The notes under the pieces were generated by a model. The model was not told where the DNA came from, made no database searches, and was given only the letters and a program-made list of their open reading frames with translations. From Candidatus Latescibacterota bacterium (lineage in GTDB: Bacteria; Latescibacterota; UBA2968), in the NCBI GenBank assembly GCA_965208125.1, contig OZ242320.1, positions 1,088,001-1,152,000 on the forward strand: a DNA stretch of 64,000 nt, in the 5' to 3' direction. A program made the position numbers and the translations under genes. Positions 38,759 through 48,713 of this stretch are shown piece after piece. Each line of letters begins with the position of its first letter. The first letter of the stretch is position 1.

Positions 38759-39847
38759 ATGATAGACAAAACCCACCTCTTTGAAGGTCGAACAAACGGG
38801 TATCACATCTACCGCGTACCGGGCATCCTCTGCACGCAAAACAACATCCTCCTCGCCACGGCAGAAGCGCGACGCGGCAGAGGCGGCGACTGGGATGGCA
38901 ACGACGTGCTTATGAGGCGCAGTGCAGACGGCGGTCAAACCTGGGACTCGCCCACCGTCGTCGCCCGTTGCGACACATATGGCGAAGGTCCCATCAGCAA
39001 CTTCGTCATGATCTCCGACCGCAAAGACGGCGCAGCACACGCCCTCTATTGTCACAACTACGCCCGCGTCTTCTACATGCAAAGCAAAGACGACGGCGCC
39101 ACATGGTCCGACCCCACCGAAATCACAGATGTACTCACACCCTTCCGCGAACAATATCCCTGGCGCGTCATCGCCACTGGACCCGGGCACGGCATACAAC
39201 TTCAAAACGGACGCCTCATCGTACCCATCTGGATGTCGGACGGCGGCGGCACGGAATTTGGCCCGGGCAAACTCGGGCATCGCCCCTCCACAGTCGCGGG
39301 CATCTACAGCGACGACCACGCGCAAACATGGCAGCGCAGTGACATTATCGTACGCACAGAAGGCGAATACATCAACCCCAGCGAAACACTCCCCGTTGCA
39401 CTCAACGACGGACGCGTCTTATTCAACATCCGCACGGAATCCAAACGCCATCGCCGCCTCATCACCACCAGTCCCGATGGCGCAACCAACTGGTCAGAGC
39501 TAAAATTTGACGACGCCCTGCTCGAACCCGTGTGCATGGGCAGCATCCTCAAACTCCAAAATGGCAACATCATTTTTGCCAACCCCGACAACCTCGAACG
39601 CGAATTTACCAGACCGGGCCGCGTCTCTTATGACCGCAAACGCCTCACCGTCAAAATGAGCACCGACGACTGCCAGACCTGGCCCGTCTCCAAAATCCTC
39701 GAACCGGGACCCTCGAGTTATTCAGATCTCGCCCAAACAGCCGACGGCACAATATGCTGCATATACGAAAACCAGGTCTTCACGCGACAGAACGACACGC
39801 GATACGTCACCGTCGCCCGCTTTGACCTCGAATGGCTGGAACAATAA
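38759..39847 (+). CDS. Sialidase-family (GH33-like BNR/Asp-box) protein
   Basis: YRVP motif; Asp boxes SADGGQTW, SKDDGATW, SDDHAQTW, SPDGATNW, STDDCQTW; SYSDL; upstream TATAAT at 38713. Confidence 0.88.
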   Translation: MIDKTHLFEGRTNGYHIYRVPGILCTQNNILLATAEARRGRGGDWDGNDVLMRRSADGGQTWDSPTVVARCDTYGEGPISNFVMISDRKDGAAHALYCHNYARVFYMQSKDDGATWSDPTEITDVLTPFREQYPWRVIATGPGHGIQLQNGRLIVPIWMSDGGGTEFGPGKLGHRPSTVAGIYSDDHAQTWQRSDIIVRTEGEYINPSETLPVALNDGRVLFNIRTESKRHRRLITTSPDGATNWSELKFDDALLEPVCMGSILKLQNGNIIFANPDNLEREFTRPGRVSYDRKRLTVKMSTDDCQTWPVSKILEPGPSSYSDLAQTADGTICCIYENQVFTRQNDTRYVTVARFDLEWLEQ

Positions 39848-39868
39848 AGCCAAAAAAGAAAGGGAAAA

Positions 39869-41488
39869 ATGGACACCTACGAACACCGCGAAATGATACC
39901 CCTCGGAGAGGACGAAACCCCCTACCAATTGCTCACAACCGATTATATATCAACGGGGCAATTTGAAGGCCAGGAAATCCTCAAAGTCGAACCCGAGGGC
40001 CTGACCATGCTGGCGGACCGCGCCATACGAGACAGCGCGCACCTGCTTCGCCCTGCACACCTGAAACAACTGACCAAAATACTCGACGACCCCGAAGCCT
40101 CAGACAACGACCGCTTTGTCGCCATTGAAATGCTCAAAAATGCCAACATCGCCGCAGGCGGCGTCCTCCCCATGTGTCAGGACACGGGCACAGCCATCAT
40201 CATGGGCAAAAAAGGCAATCGCGTGTGGACCGACGGCAGCGACGAAGCCGCGCTCGCACACGGCATAACCAGAGCCTTTCTGGAAACGAACTTGCGCTAC
40301 AGCCAACTGGCGCCACTCGACATGTTCCAGGAGGCAAATACAAAAACCAACCTGCCCGCCCAAATCGAAATCTATGCCGAGCAAGGAGAAACGTACAAAT
40401 TCATGTTCATGGCCAAAGGCGGCGGATCCGCCAACAAAAGCCTGCTCTATCAAGAAACCAGAGCGCTACTCAACCCCGAACGCCTGCGCGACTTCATCGA
40501 CCAGCGCCTGCGCGAACTCGGCACAGCCGCCTGCCCGCCCTATCACCTCGCCCTCGTCATTGGCGGCACATCCGCAGAATACACCCTCAAAACCGCCAAA
40601 CTCGCGAGTGCCAAATATCTCGACACCCTGCCCACGCAAGGCAATGAATACGGCCAGGCTTTCCGCGACCTCGAAATGGAAAAACAAGTCCTCGAAATGA
40701 GTCACGAACTCGGCATTGGCGCGCAATTTGGCGGCAAATACTTCTGCCACGATGTACGCGTTATTCGCCTACCCCGACACGGCGCATCCTGCCCCGTCGG
40801 CATTGCCGTATCCTGCTCTGCCGACCGGCAAATCCTGGGAAAAATAACGCGCGATGGCATCTTCCTCGAAGAATTGGAAAGCGACCCGGCAAAATACCTC
40901 CCCGAAGTCGATGAAGAAGCCCTCAGCGGCGACGTCGTAAAAATCGACCTCAACAAGCCCATGGACAAAGTGCGCGAAACCCTCAGCAAATATCCGGTCA
41001 GCACGCGCTTATCCCTCTCCGGCCCCATGATCGTCGCACGCGATATTGCCCACGCCAAACTCCAGGAGCGCATAGACAGCGGCGAGGGGCTTCCGCAATA
41101 CTTCAAAGACCTGTGCGTCTATTACGCGGGACCGGCCAAAACACCCGAAGGATACGCCTCCGGTTCATTTGGTCCCACAACCGCAGGGCGCATGGACAGC
41201 TATGTCGATTCATTCCAATCAGAAGGCGGCAGCATGATCATGCTCGCCAAAGGCAATCGCTCGCGGCAAGTAACAGAAGCGTGCAAAAAACACGGCGGAT
41301 TTTACCTCGGCTCCATCGGCGGTCCCGCTGCCCGCCTCGCCAAAGACGCCATACGCAAAGTCGAATGCCAGGAATATCCCGAACTCGGCATGGAAGCAAT
41401 CTGGCGCATCGAAGTCGAAAACTTCCCCGCATTCATCGTTGTTGACGACAAAGGCAACGACTTTTTTTCGGGCTTTATGCGCCCATAG
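39869..41488 (+). CDS. fumA: Class I fumarate hydratase
   Basis: [46 protein letters not shown]. Confidence 0.95.
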   Translation: MDTYEHREMIPLGEDETPYQLLTTDYISTGQFEGQEILKVEPEGLTMLADRAIRDSAHLLRPAHLKQLTKILDDPEASDNDRFVAIEMLKNANIAAGGVLPMCQDTGTAIIMGKKGNRVWTDGSDEAALAHGITRAFLETNLRYSQLAPLDMFQEANTKTNLPAQIEIYAEQGETYKFMFMAKGGGSANKSLLYQETRALLNPERLRDFIDQRLRELGTAACPPYHLALVIGGTSAEYTLKTAKLASAKYLDTLPTQGNEYGQAFRDLEMEKQVLEMSHELGIGAQFGGKYFCHDVRVIRLPRHGASCPVGIAVSCSADRQILGKITRDGIFLEELESDPAKYLPEVDEEALSGDVVKIDLNKPMDKVRETLSKYPVSTRLSLSGPMIVARDIAHAKLQERIDSGEGLPQYFKDLCVYYAGPAKTPEGYASGSFGPTTAGRMDSYVDSFQSEGGSMIMLAKGNRSRQVTEACKKHGGFYLGSIGGPAARLAKDAIRKVECQEYPELGMEAIWRIEVENFPAFIVVDDKGNDFFSGFMRP

Positions 41489-41499
41489 AGGAGCAACAC

Positions 41500-42312
41500 A
41501 TGCGATACGCAAACATAGGCGACGTCAGCGTCTCGGGCCTCTGTATTGGCGGCAACCCGTTCAGCGGATTTTCGCACCAGACCAGAGAACGCAGCAAAGA
41601 AATGACCGATTATTACACCCCCAGCCGCATCAAAGACACCTGGCGACAGGCCGAAGAACTCGGCATCAACACCTTCTTTGGGCGCACCGACGACCACATC
41701 ATGGGCCTCCTCGAAGAATACTGGGATGAAGGCGGTAGTATCCAGTGGTTCGCGCAAGTATGCATTGAACGCGGCAACCCCGACGCCTGGCGCAAATGGC
41801 TCTGCGCATCCATCGAACTGGGCGCAAGCGGCACCTATATCCACGGCGGCGTGGTCGATAACTGGTACGCCACAGAACAGTGGGACAATTTTTACGAAGC
41901 ACTCGACACCATGTCCAAAGCGGGTGTCGCATCTGGATTTGCAGCCCATCAACCCGCGGCACACGAATGGGTGCGCGACAACCTCGATCCCGATTTTCAG
42001 ATGTGCAGCTATTACAACCCCACGGACCGCTCTCGTAGCGCGCACCACAGTGACGAAGGCGAAAAATGGGACGAAGAAGACCGCGCCAAAATGCTCGACG
42101 TCATCGCCACCATCCCCTGCCCTGTCGTACACTACAAAGTCTTCGCAGGCGGCAACAAACCCATCCTCGAAGCCTTTGAAACCATGGGCAAAGCTATGCG
42201 CGAAAACGACGTGGCCCTCGTCGGCTTCTTCCTCAAAGACAACCCCGACATGATGCGAGAAGACATCGCGCTCTTTGAGGAATACGTCGAGGGCGTCGCC
42301 GTGCTTGCGTAG
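41500..42312 (+). CDS. Aldo/keto-reductase-like TIM-barrel protein
   Basis: VSGLCIGGNPF start, GINTF, YKVFAGG. Confidence 0.6.
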   Translation: MRYANIGDVSVSGLCIGGNPFSGFSHQTRERSKEMTDYYTPSRIKDTWRQAEELGINTFFGRTDDHIMGLLEEYWDEGGSIQWFAQVCIERGNPDAWRKWLCASIELGASGTYIHGGVVDNWYATEQWDNFYEALDTMSKAGVASGFAAHQPAAHEWVRDNLDPDFQMCSYYNPTDRSRSAHHSDEGEKWDEEDRAKMLDVIATIPCPVVHYKVFAGGNKPILEAFETMGKAMRENDVALVGFFLKDNPDMMREDIALFEEYVEGVAVLA

Positions 42313-42354
42313 GGACAGTTATTCCGAAACAGTAAATTTCTCAGGAGAACTACC

Positions 42355-42630
42355 ATGCCTACTGATCAATCCCGCTATTCAGCCGAGGAAACAGCGCGGC
42401 GTGGCGATGAAATATACGAGCGGGCTATCCGTCCCCATGTGGAAACAACACACTATGGAAAAGTCGTTGCCATTGACATTGACACTGAAAGCTATATCAT
42501 TGCCGATAATGCCCTTGCTGCATCAGAGCGTCTCCTTAAGCAATACCCCAAAGCTGAAATCTGGTGCGTGCGCATTGGCCATCGAGCACTGCATCGTATT
42601 GGCGGACGCCCCCTGAAGAGGGTTCCATGA
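42355..42630 (+). CDS. Small conserved hypothetical protein (DUF5678-like), usually upstream of a clan AA aspartic protease
   Basis: RYSAEETARRGDEIYE..GKVVAIDIDT..VRIG family pattern. Confidence 0.65.
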   Translation: MPTDQSRYSAEETARRGDEIYERAIRPHVETTHYGKVVAIDIDTESYIIADNALAASERLLKQYPKAEIWCVRIGHRALHRIGGRPLKRVP

Positions 42631-42671
42631 TCACGGGCATTGTCAATCCCCAAAAAATAAAATATCCATGA
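42627..42671 (+). pseudogene. 14-aa remnant of a probable clan AA aspartic protease
   Basis: MITGIVNPQKIKYP*, with ATGA overlaps at both ends; MITGIVN resembles the usual start of the partner gene. Confidence 0.45.
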
Positions 42672-43582
42672 ACTTCCCCACCCTCACACAGGCCCAGCGC
42701 ATTGACAGATTGGCACCGCCATCCGACAAAGTGCGCGTGGTGCTGGACACGGATACATATAACGAAGTCGATGATCAATTCGCCGTAGCACACGCGCTTT
42801 TATCCCCCGAGAAAATCTCGGTTGAAGCCATCTACGCCGCGCCCTTTCACAACCAGCGCTCCAACGGACCGGGCGACGGCATGGAACGAAGCTATGACGA
42901 AATCCTCCGCCTCCTCAACCGCTTAAATATCCCCGACAACAACCTCGTATTCCGCGGCTCCACAAACTACCTCACAGAACCAGACACACCGCAAGACAAC
43001 GACGCCGTGCGCGACCTCATCGACAGAGCCAGGGTATCTCATGACCCACTCTACGTTGCCGCCATAGGCGCCATAACCAATGTAGCCTCCGCCATCCTCC
43101 TCGAACCCGAAATCATCAAACGCATCATCGTCGTCTGGCTCGGCGGACACGAACATAACTGGCCCAACACCCTTGAATTTAACCTGCGACAAGATATCCT
43201 CGCCGCGCGCGTCATCTTCGACAGCGGCGTACCCCTCGTCCAGATCCCCTGTCGCAATGTCGCCTCTCACCTCCTCACCACATTGCCCGAACTCGAAACC
43301 TATGTAGCAGGCAAAAGCGCCATAGGCGACTTCCTCACCGAAACCGTTCGCGGCTACCACAAAGACCACTACGCATGGGCAAAAGAAATCTGGGACCTCT
43401 CAGCCACCGCTTATCTCGTCAACCCAAACTGGGTCACAACCCGACTGGTACACAGCCCCATACTCACCGATCAAATAACCTGGAGCCACGACCCCAATCG
43501 GCATTTCATGCGCGTAGCCACGCAACTCAACCGCAACGCCATCTTCGCTGACGTATTCAGAAAACTGGAAAGATCAGGTTAA
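42668..43582 (+). CDS. Nucleoside hydrolase (IU-NH family)
   Basis: DTDTYNEVDDQFA, GAITNVA, EFNL..D, IWD motifs. Confidence 0.88.
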   Translation: MNFPTLTQAQRIDRLAPPSDKVRVVLDTDTYNEVDDQFAVAHALLSPEKISVEAIYAAPFHNQRSNGPGDGMERSYDEILRLLNRLNIPDNNLVFRGSTNYLTEPDTPQDNDAVRDLIDRARVSHDPLYVAAIGAITNVASAILLEPEIIKRIIVVWLGGHEHNWPNTLEFNLRQDILAARVIFDSGVPLVQIPCRNVASHLLTTLPELETYVAGKSAIGDFLTETVRGYHKDHYAWAKEIWDLSATAYLVNPNWVTTRLVHSPILTDQITWSHDPNRHFMRVATQLNRNAIFADVFRKLERSG

Positions 43583-43625
43583 ACAGTATCATTCACCATA
43601 CACACCCCAACACAAGGAGTTTTAC

Positions 43626-44375
43626 ATGAGTGCAGCACTGGATTACGGAGTCCAAAGCTTTTGCTTTCGCTACTTCAAAGACAACGCCGACGTCGCCCAA
43701 AAAGTAAAAGACATCGGCCTCGACAAAATCGAAGTCTGCCAGGCCCACGCCGACTTCAAAAACCCCGACGCCTGGAAAGACATCGTCAAAACCTATAACG
43801 ACGCGGGCGTATCCGTCATCTCCATCGGCGTACAAACCTTCACGGGCGACCCCGCTGAAAAATCCTTCTTTGAATGCGCCGCCATCGCAGGCGCCAAACA
43901 CATCTCCTGCCACTTCCAGCTCGAATCCTATCCCAAAGCCATCACACAGGTACGCGCATGGAGCCAGGCATACGGCATACGCGCAGGCATACACTGTCAC
44001 GGCGGATATCACTTTGGCGGACAACCCGGCGTACTCAAACACCTCATCGGCCTCGGCGCGCCCGAAATCGGCCTGTGCATCGACACAGCCTGGGCCTTGC
44101 AAATTGGTCCTCGTCAGGGCAACCCCGTCAAATGGACAGAAGACTTCGCCGGACAAATCTACGGCGTCCACTACAAAGACTTCGTCTTTGACCCCAACGG
44201 CCAATGGCACGACACCGTTGTCGGCGAAGGCACGCTCGACCTCCCGGCCTTTGTCGCCGGCCTCGAAAAAGGCGGCTTTGACGGCATGGCCGTCATCGAA
44301 TACGAAGCCGACGTCGAAAACCCCGTACCCGCCCTGACCCGATGCGTCGAAACCATGCGCGCATTGGCCGGATAA
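43626..44375 (+). CDS. Sugar phosphate isomerase/epimerase TIM barrel
   Basis: GVQSFCFR, IHCHG, CIDTAW, VHYKD, VGEGTLD, IEYE. Confidence 0.85.
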   Translation: MSAALDYGVQSFCFRYFKDNADVAQKVKDIGLDKIEVCQAHADFKNPDAWKDIVKTYNDAGVSVISIGVQTFTGDPAEKSFFECAAIAGAKHISCHFQLESYPKAITQVRAWSQAYGIRAGIHCHGGYHFGGQPGVLKHLIGLGAPEIGLCIDTAWALQIGPRQGNPVKWTEDFAGQIYGVHYKDFVFDPNGQWHDTVVGEGTLDLPAFVAGLEKGGFDGMAVIEYEADVENPVPALTRCVETMRALAG

Positions 44376-44396
44376 TCGCGTCGATTTATCGACAAA

Positions 44397-44428
44397 AAAA
44401 GAGCGAGCCTTTTTAGACTCGCTCTTTT
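44397..44428. terminator. Bidirectional terminator between convergent genes
   Basis: AAAAGAGCGAG-cctttttaga-CTCGCTCTTTT with A/T tails on both sides. Confidence 0.8.
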
Positions 44429-44459
44429 CATTACAGCAATCCTTAATCAAGACAAGCTC

Positions 44460-46235
44460 TCATTTTGAGCTGATCCCGTCCTTCTCCCCCTCCACCCACC
44501 TGCGATAAATATAATCGCCAGCCTGACTTTCCTCAATCCTCAACAATTCCATCATCTCACGGAAAATGTCTTGTTCTGTCTTTCCCACCGCGGGTTTCGA
44601 CGCGCTAAAACGCACCTGAACTCCTGCGCCCTCAAGGGTTGGAATGTGCGTATTGATTGATGTATCACTTAACGGGTTATCCCGTACATCAACCACATCT
44701 CCACGGGCCAATCCCGTATTTTCAACCAGGGGCGAAAGGTCTGAGATGTTGTTTTTGTCGAGCCACAGCCCTCTCAGGCTGGTCAAAACCGATAGGGGGG
44801 TAATATCCGAGATACTGTTCTCGGAAAGATCCAGCACTTCCAGAGTCGTCAAATCCGAAAGCGCAGACACATCCGAGATACTGTTCTCGGAAAGACCCAG
44901 CACTTCCAGCTTAGTCAAACTCGATAGAGGCGTGAGGTCCGAGATACCGTTACTGGCAAGACCCAACCATCCCAGATTAGTCAAACTCGATAGGGGCATG
45001 AGGTCCGAGATACTGTTGTTGGAAAGACCCAGTGCTTCCAGAGTCGTCAAACCCGATAGGGGCGTAATGTCCGAGATACTGTTCTCGAAAAGACCCAGCC
45101 ATTCCAGATTAGTCAAACTCGATAGAGGCGTGAGGTCCGAGATACTGTTCTCAGAAAGACCCAGCCATTCCAGATTAGTCAAACTCGATAGAGGCGTGAG
45201 GTCCGAGATACTATTGCCCACAAGACTCATCGCTTCCAGACTGTCCAAACCCGATAGGGGCGTAATGTCCGAGATACTGTTGCTGTCAAGCTCCAAATCT
45301 TCCAGATTCGCCAAACCCGATAGGGGCGTAATGTCCGAGATACTATTGCCGGCAAGACCCAGCACTTCCAGACTGTCCAAACCCGATAGGGGCGTAATGT
45401 CCGAGATACTATTGCCGGCAAGACCCAGCCCTTCCAGATTCGCTAAACTCGATAGGGGTGAAAGGTCCGAGATACTGTTGTCGGCAAGATACAGCCATTC
45501 CAGGCTGGTCAAACCCGATAGTGCAGACACTTCCGAGATACTGTTGTCAGAAAGACGCAGTATTTCCAAGCTGTCCAAACCCGATAGAGGTGAAAGATCC
45601 GAAACCCTGTTCTCAGAAAGATACAGCCTTTCCAAACTCGTCAAATCCGACAGAGGTGAAAGATCTGAAACCCTGTTCTCAGAAAGATACAGCCTTTCCA
45701 AACTCGTCAAATCCGACAGAGGTGAAAGATCCGAAACCCTATTGCTATTGACAAAACGCCCTGCTATTCTCTTAACACCCAAATCCAGCCTTGTCAGATG
45801 GGTGGCAAACTCAAGTCCAGTCAAATCCCTGATATTCGCATTCGGTGCCTCAAGGCGCGTCAAGGTCGCCATCTCATCCTGCGTGATCGGCGCTTCACTC
45901 GCCTTGCCGAGACTATCCTCAATAACAGCGCGCAGGTTCGCATCTGGAATGTCAACGGTCGGAGAAGATGGTACCTCTTTGCCAAAGCTACTGATAAAGA
46001 TCAGAAAATCGGAAAATTCAATTGCACCGTCGCTATCCAGATCAAACCTGGCTTCATACTTCTCGTCGCCCTGACGTGACCCAAAATGACTTACAAACGC
46101 CAAAAAGTCCGAAAAACTAACCTGACCATCCCCATCAAAGTCAGCAGAAGAAGGCATAGCGACTTGTGCCGACAAAGACAGCGGATAAATCAAAAGCGCG
46201 AGTGTTGAAAAAATAAACAGAATCCGTTTATGCAT
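44460..46235 (-). CDS. Secreted internalin-like LRR protein with N-terminal EF-hand/dockerin-like pair
   Basis: Signal peptide; DFDGDGQVSFSDF and DLDSDGAIEFSDF; IPDANLRAVI cap; 22-aa LRRs. Confidence 0.9.
   Translation of the reverse strand: MHKRILFIFSTLALLIYPLSLSAQVAMPSSADFDGDGQVSFSDFLAFVSHFGSRQGDEKYEARFDLDSDGAIEFSDFLIFISSFGKEVPSSPTVDIPDANLRAVIEDSLGKASEAPITQDEMATLTRLEAPNANIRDLTGLEFATHLTRLDLGVKRIAGRFVNSNRVSDLSPLSDLTSLERLYLSENRVSDLSPLSDLTSLERLYLSENRVSDLSPLSGLDSLEILRLSDNSISEVSALSGLTSLEWLYLADNSISDLSPLSSLANLEGLGLAGNSISDITPLSGLDSLEVLGLAGNSISDITPLSGLANLEDLELDSNSISDITPLSGLDSLEAMSLVGNSISDLTPLSSLTNLEWLGLSENSISDLTPLSSLTNLEWLGLFENSISDITPLSGLTTLEALGLSNNSISDLMPLSSLTNLGWLGLASNGISDLTPLSSLTKLEVLGLSENSISDVSALSDLTTLEVLDLSENSISDITPLSVLTSLRGLWLDKNNISDLSPLVENTGLARGDVVDVRDNPLSDTSINTHIPTLEGAGVQVRFSASKPAVGKTEQDIFREMMELLRIEESQAGDYIYRRWVEGEKDGISSK
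44727..45743 (-). repeat. 66-bp tandem coding repeat, 15 full units plus a partial unit
   Basis: Recurring TCCGAGATACT at a 66-bp period; units 1 and 2 encode identical peptides. Confidence 0.92.
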
Positions 46236-46256
46236 TAGTTTCTCCTATATTTATGT

Positions 46257-48497
46257 TTATGACAGCGTCTCCACCGCCTCAACAAGTGCCTCTGCCGTAA
46301 TCCCAAAATGTGCCCAGGTCGCTTCGAGACCTTCCGACGGTGCAATTCTCGGATCTGTAATCCCCACATGCACGTGGGCAATACTGCACGACGAACCCAC
46401 CAGGCCTGCAAACCCGCGCAAACCCGTCTCTGGCGTCCCAATTTTTCCATCTTCAATCGTCGCCACACCCTCGTAATTCCTCAGCACATCACTCAGCGCC
46501 CCATCGGGCAGCGGCAACCCATTGACCACATACACATCTGTCGGCTTGCCCTGCGCGAGCAAAACCTCGGCAGCCTCCGCACCCAAAAAAGCCGGCGCGC
46601 CAAAAGCCAGAATCGCATGCCTTGCCCCATCGTATTGGCGATACGTCGTAATCGGCTCCCACGCCTCTCCCGGATTCCACAAATGTCCCGATCCATCCTG
46701 CTTTTGCAAAACCGGCAAACCCGAATCGCGCGGCACCCCAATAATATGCCCGCCGTAATGCGCCGCCATATCCTTCACCGCCAAAAACGCCACGCGCGCA
46801 TCTGCCGGTGCGTAAAACCGGTGCAAATAGGGCAAATACGTCAACCCCACATTAATCCAATCAAGCCCCCAACCCGAAAAGTGGTCGCGCCCTGTACACG
46901 CACCCACATGAGAGAGATGAAACACCACATTAATCCCCTCATTCACCCCATTCAAATTGCGCTGATACTGCCACATATCAAACCCCTCGCGCGCAATACC
47001 CTCAAAAAACGCGGCAAAAGTCGAAACCACATTGAGTTGCGGCTCGTGCGAACTCATCGCCAGACCATTGGCAATAAGCGTTGCGGCTTGCTCTTCAATA
47101 CTCATCTCAAACTGGTGATCGTCTGACAGATGTGCCCGAGCAGCCGCCAATTTTGTCGAAGGATCCAAATCGCAACTCACCACAAACACGCGATCGGGAT
47201 GCGCCTCAGCCACCAGAGCATAAGCCGCGGCTGCACCATCGCGCGGACTCGCCTTCTCAGTCGGCAAATCAGCCGCCGCTGCCTTCCCCGCTGGAATCTC
47301 CAAATTCGCACTACCGGGTGCTGGCCGCGCCCTCGTAACAACCGTGCGCGACCCATTCTGCCGGAGTGTTGCAAGCGCCTCGCCCTGTTCAGCCGTCGCC
47401 TCAAACATCGCCCCACCGAGCACCTCTGCCTCAACGCGCCCCTGCATACTCCCATCGTGATGATTCTCTCCACCCGGCAAATCATTCACCAAAAACAAAC
47501 ACTCTATCATCGGCACTGTATCCCGAAAACTCATCAGCGACCCCGGGATCCACACCTGCTTATCCATCGGCACATCGTGTTGCGCGGCAAACGCCTCCAC
47601 CGCCTCGGTCACCCCATAGCGCTCGCCAAAAGTCCTCAGCGTCACATCCTCCCCCGAAAACCCCGTGGGATAAATCAGACTCGGCTTACCCTCCTGCGCG
47701 AGACCATACCCCTCTCGATAAGCCCGATAAAGCGCGGCATTATCGTGCAGCGACGCCACCTCCAAAACCTCCACACCCATCTCAGAAATAGCACTTCGCG
47801 GATCCACATCCATAATACTCGCCGTACTACCCGACAACTGAATGCCATTGCGGTGCATCACATAAGTAATCGGCGCCCCGTGTACACTCGCCCCATTAAA
47901 CCCATTGAGCCCCTGACCCGAAATCCACCCTGCATCCCCACAATGAGCAATCACCCACGCATCGTCACACAATGCCTTCTTGCCCAACGCCAGCCCCACA
48001 GCCACTGGAATCATCACCCCCAAACGCCCACCATTGAGCTGTGTTCCCCCCGGCAACCATGCCACATGCCCGGGAAAATCCAGACCGCGCCGAAACCTCT
48101 CGACAACGCCCTCTGCCCCCACAAAACCAAACGCCGCCAGCGCCGAATAATACCCGACACTCGTATGCGCGTGCTCAATCGTATAAGTACGCGTATCGTA
48201 ATCCGTCACAGACAGCGTCATCAACAACCCCGGGATCAATTCCAATCCCCCGCCCAGATGATCCAACTCCCCAATCTCTGCCAACGACGATAGTGCCCGA
48301 ATCGCCGTGCGTGCGCCCTCAATCTGCAACGCCGTCAATGCACGGTCTTCCACCTCGCCAAGCTCTTCGGTCGCCGCAATATCAATATGCAGACCCAAAA
48401 CATCGGACGCAATCTCATCTCCCAGAAATTGCGTATCCTTCAACAGCGTATCATTGCGCTGTCCCTGTTTCTCTGCCAACACCTTCATATTTGACAT
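46257..48497 (-). CDS. Divergent single-chain transketolase-like TPP enzyme
   Basis: HLGGG, EHAH, GHV, CGDAG..HRNGIQ TPP motif, DLDPST, IEEQ, STFAAF, GRDHF. Confidence 0.75.
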   Translation of the reverse strand: MSNMKVLAEKQGQRNDTLLKDTQFLGDEIASDVLGLHIDIAATEELGEVEDRALTALQIEGARTAIRALSSLAEIGELDHLGGGLELIPGLLMTLSVTDYDTRTYTIEHAHTSVGYYSALAAFGFVGAEGVVERFRRGLDFPGHVAWLPGGTQLNGGRLGVMIPVAVGLALGKKALCDDAWVIAHCGDAGWISGQGLNGFNGASVHGAPITYVMHRNGIQLSGSTASIMDVDPRSAISEMGVEVLEVASLHDNAALYRAYREGYGLAQEGKPSLIYPTGFSGEDVTLRTFGERYGVTEAVEAFAAQHDVPMDKQVWIPGSLMSFRDTVPMIECLFLVNDLPGGENHHDGSMQGRVEAEVLGGAMFEATAEQGEALATLRQNGSRTVVTRARPAPGSANLEIPAGKAAAADLPTEKASPRDGAAAAYALVAEAHPDRVFVVSCDLDPSTKLAAARAHLSDDHQFEMSIEEQAATLIANGLAMSSHEPQLNVVSTFAAFFEGIAREGFDMWQYQRNLNGVNEGINVVFHLSHVGACTGRDHFSGWGLDWINVGLTYLPYLHRFYAPADARVAFLAVKDMAAHYGGHIIGVPRDSGLPVLQKQDGSGHLWNPGEAWEPITTYRQYDGARHAILAFGAPAFLGAEAAEVLLAQGKPTDVYVVNGLPLPDGALSDVLRNYEGVATIEDGKIGTPETGLRGFAGLVGSSCSIAHVHVGITDPRIAPSEGLEATWAHFGITAEALVEAVETLS

Positions 48498-48655
48498 AAT
48501 CTCTCCCCAGCCAGTGATAATCAGATCGCCATACGGATTCACAATCCTAAAATAAACGTTCACCCCACAACAATCCAGAAAAATCCCATACACAAAATTC
48601 TGGCATCAATAGCAGGTCTATATTATGTTTCACACTTCAGATCCCCGATAGGTGC

Positions 48656-48681
48656 GGGCGACCACAGGGGGTCGCCCTTAC
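48656..48681. repeat. GTAG-family REP-like palindrome, copy 1
   Basis: GGGCGACC-acaggg-GGTCGCCC-ttac. Confidence 0.75.
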
Positions 48682-48713
48682 GGAAAATCTCACTTCCATC
48701 CAAGGAGTTCTCC

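Noticed and set aside
44644-46074. 476-aa repetitive ORF on the plus strand; the array could also be mistaken for CRISPR
   Set aside because: It is the antisense shadow of the LRR gene. The 66-bp period is in-frame coding, with no unique spacers and no cas genes.
47130-48293. 387-aa plus-strand ORF
   Set aside because: H/R/P-rich shadow of the transketolase-like gene, caused by strand skew.
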